64,000 bases of DNA from NCBI RefSeq assembly GCF_026571515.1, contig NW_026865029.1:62001-126000 (forward strand), read 5' to 3'. This DNA comes from Ruditapes philippinarum. Taxonomy: Eukaryota. Below, one piece after another: positions 61,001-64,000 of the stretch. The translations under genes and the position numbers were made by a program. The notes under the pieces are model-generated. The model was given only the letters and a program-made list of their open reading frames with translations, was not told where the DNA came from and did not search any database. Within the stretch, counting starts at the first letter, position 1, and each line of letters begins with the position of its first letter.

Positions 61001-64000
61001 TCAAATACAGTGTATTAATTCTTTTTAAAATCACTAACTTGGGAAAGAACAAACATTGCACTATTTTACTTTGTACAGACTTTGTACCTCTCGATAACCC
61101 ATGCTGTTGTCCATAAGTACAAAGTTGCTAAGAATATTTCTAGTTTCTGTAAAGTATGTTACTCTGAATTGTTAGACACATTTCTAGTTTCTGTTCTTGT
61201 TTTTTTTTGCAAACTGGCAATACTTTTCGCATGATAAACAGTAGAAAATGATTGACATCCAGCTGTAACAGACTAAAATTGTATAATTGTATTAAATCCC
61301 AATGATAATATTTTAATATCATATACATAGCAAAAAGTTATATGCTGCATAGAGCTTCCCTTTTGCTATCTTTGAGCAATATCTGTACGTGTTACCTTAG
61401 AAATCGATTCCAAGCCACATACGATACAACTTAGCTATGCAACATTACTTGTTGGAAATATATTGCATACAATGAAATCATCACATCAATGAATCTGTGG
61501 CTTTAAACTTGCAATAATGCCTTTATAGTTTTAAAACTTAAAAGTTATTTCAAATCAATAAAAAATAAATTTAGTTTCATCAAATTTTATTGCTTTTTTT
61601 CTTTTTATACCAAAAAGATACATTGTCACATACAATCATAAGACACAAAATATCGGATAAATTTAGTCTAATGGCATAAAAACAAATGGGTTAGACCACA
61701 AGTTTTAACAACTTTAGTGAGTTGGCCATTTCCATTACAAAATGAATAAGACAGAAAAAGTTTTAATCGACTTCATCAAACATTTATAAAAACAAAACCA
61801 AATTTTTTTAATTCCATTGAACCAACAAACATTCCCAATAAAAAAAGAAAACAACACAAATCTTATAAAAAATAAGCAATAAATGGTTATAAATTAATGA
61901 AAAGAAACAGCAAATTAATAAATAATTTTCAGTATAGATCATCTTGTAGTATCGGCAGGTCTAATATGTAAAAACAAAGTTCAAGTCATTATGTGGGTTC
62001 TTAAAGAAACCATACAGTTCAAGCCAACTTGTCGCGTCGACCCGTCTAAAATCAAGTATCTTGCCGATTAACAAATATCTGGAAAGTGGAAAAAGGATGA
62101 TCTGTGGAAGCATTAATCACCACATAATAACATGTAAAATGCAGGCAAGGTTTTATTTAGTCGGTATAAGAGGGATTATGAAAAGATACAACATCCTTCG
62201 TGCCTCCTAGCACCGACTTTAGTGGTCCTCAAATTTCAACACTTAAAAGTGCTGAACAAGTCCGAGAAAATACAAAATCGTCATAACGAAGAGTCCAAGA
62301 CGATCAATGATAAATGAAATAAAACGCTGTTAAGTTCATTGACATTATGATATGGGTATATACGAATATCGTATGATAGGAAGGACATCTTATAATTAAT
62401 ATACTTTTATGGTTACTTCTGACATTGCCTGCAATTAACTTGTAGTGGACCTTTAAATAGAAAAAAAAATCTGATTAAACTCTATGTCATAGTAAAATAT
62501 TAAAAACTTTCAAATGGAAAAAATAGAGATATCAACGTCATTATAAAGTATTCATGCTGTATGTATAATTAATATATATATATAGACTCGTTAGGTCAAT
62601 AAGTCAATGAAATAACAATAAACAGTAGTTATATATCGTAAGTACATTCCGTTTTTCGTTACAAATTCACGCCTCTCACGTGTGATGGCACTGGATAGGG
62701 CAAACATTATTTTAATGCCTTTGCCACAAGCGGTGACATACCTTTTTCAATTTTTTCATAACATTTTTCAATCAACATATTAACATCGTTAAGTAAAAAG
62801 GAATGCAAAGCTTAACAACATGGAAGGTTTGTTCATATATTTTGTTTATTTTCTTTTGTATTTTATTTTCTTTTTCTTGTACATATATAATTTGAAGAAC
62901 ATATTTGATAATCAATCAGTAAATAATGTTCTTTTAAATTTCTTCTTAACAATCTAAAACACCTATTGATTAAATAAAAAAAACATTTTTTAAAAATATA
63001 AGACGTTTTAAAAAAAATAGTGTTTTAATCAATTTACATTACTGCAGTGACAGAAACAGTTTCTCATCAGTTGTTTTTTAAAAAAATAATATGGTTACTG
63101 GATTAATGATTAATGCAAATCCTCTGCCAGTTTTTAATGGATTTTGAGAAGCACTGTCATGAAGTACCACGGCGGGTTTTATCAGTGTTTTATTATTGAA
63201 TTTCAATTGATAAAAAGAAAATGATATTTACTCTTGCAAAATATCTATATTAAGCAATGGATTACCGAAATAAAAATGTTGCATGGAAATACTATTTCGT
63301 AGGATGTATGGTACATATTATTATTTTTTTTGCTATGTATACTTCTGTTTGTTTTTTTGTTTTGTTTGTTTCTTATTTACAAACTATGAAATAATTTGAT
63401 AGATCTGATGCTTACCAAACAGTAAATTAATGAGTTAATATCAGAATGCAAATCTTGTAAATTTATCATTCATTTTTGTGTATTTGTCATTTTTCATATA
63501 ATATTTCATATGGCCAAAGGCAATAAGTTTGTCTGTTTGCTGATATAAAATTTGTAACTTGTTTATTTTTACAGTTGTTTTTTGTAATGTTATACACAGT
63601 AGAATATAATAGTCTCTGTCCCACTCCCATACTGAAGTTTTCTTTGAGATTTTCAATCGTCAATGTTATTAATGATTGTTTTGTCATCATACTTAGATAT
63701 AACTAATTTTTAAAGAACACAGTCAAAAAAGGTTGGACTGAGCTAGGCCTTGTCAAATTGTTGTCTTTTATCAGAATTGCTCATAATTTTGTTTTAATGG
63801 ATTGGTTTTATTCATACTTGGACAAAACAACCTCTTTTAAAGGACCGACATGTTCATTTCATTGACCGTTAGGATTAAAAGAGTAAATTTTGCTGAAATA
63901 ATCATACCTTTGTCATTGATTCACATACTGGATTCATAGGTGGACAAAACAATACTTAACAAAAGGGTTAATTTCCAAGGTGTTTCTCAATACTTTATTA

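Overview
AT-rich, repeat-dense eukaryotic (not prokaryotic) DNA. The repeat complement points to an oyster-like bivalve mollusc: a 166-bp satellite inside a Helentron, CR1-type LINEs, and Kolobok/Sola/IS3EU/Crypton-like non-autonomous elements. The main content is a cluster of five paralogous cGAS-like receptor (cGLR / Mab21-family nucleotidyltransferase) genes, each with a single coding exon, in two subtypes. Subtype A: 9980-11389 (-) and 43872-45290 (+), both intact. Subtype B: 25323-26801 (-) intact, 14453-15963 (-) frameshifted (possibly by sequence error), and 53181-54598 (-) a clear pseudogene. The intact copies keep the GS-x11-EFD...D catalytic signature and lack the vertebrate cGAS zinc thumb. 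The family shares an unusual C-x5-C-x4-C loop and a C-terminal CxxC-xx-NYF extension (VxxC in the frameshifted B copy). The subtypes differ in the nucleotide-binding strand (CFRLTF vs CMCLVF) and by a 25-29 aa basic insertion. The window also holds a 4-exon uncharacterised gene at 250-6724 (+), a ~5.5 kb segmental duplication, a TSD-flanked 5'-truncated LINE, and a four-level nested transposon stack. All family assignments come from motif recognition by eye; no database searches were run.
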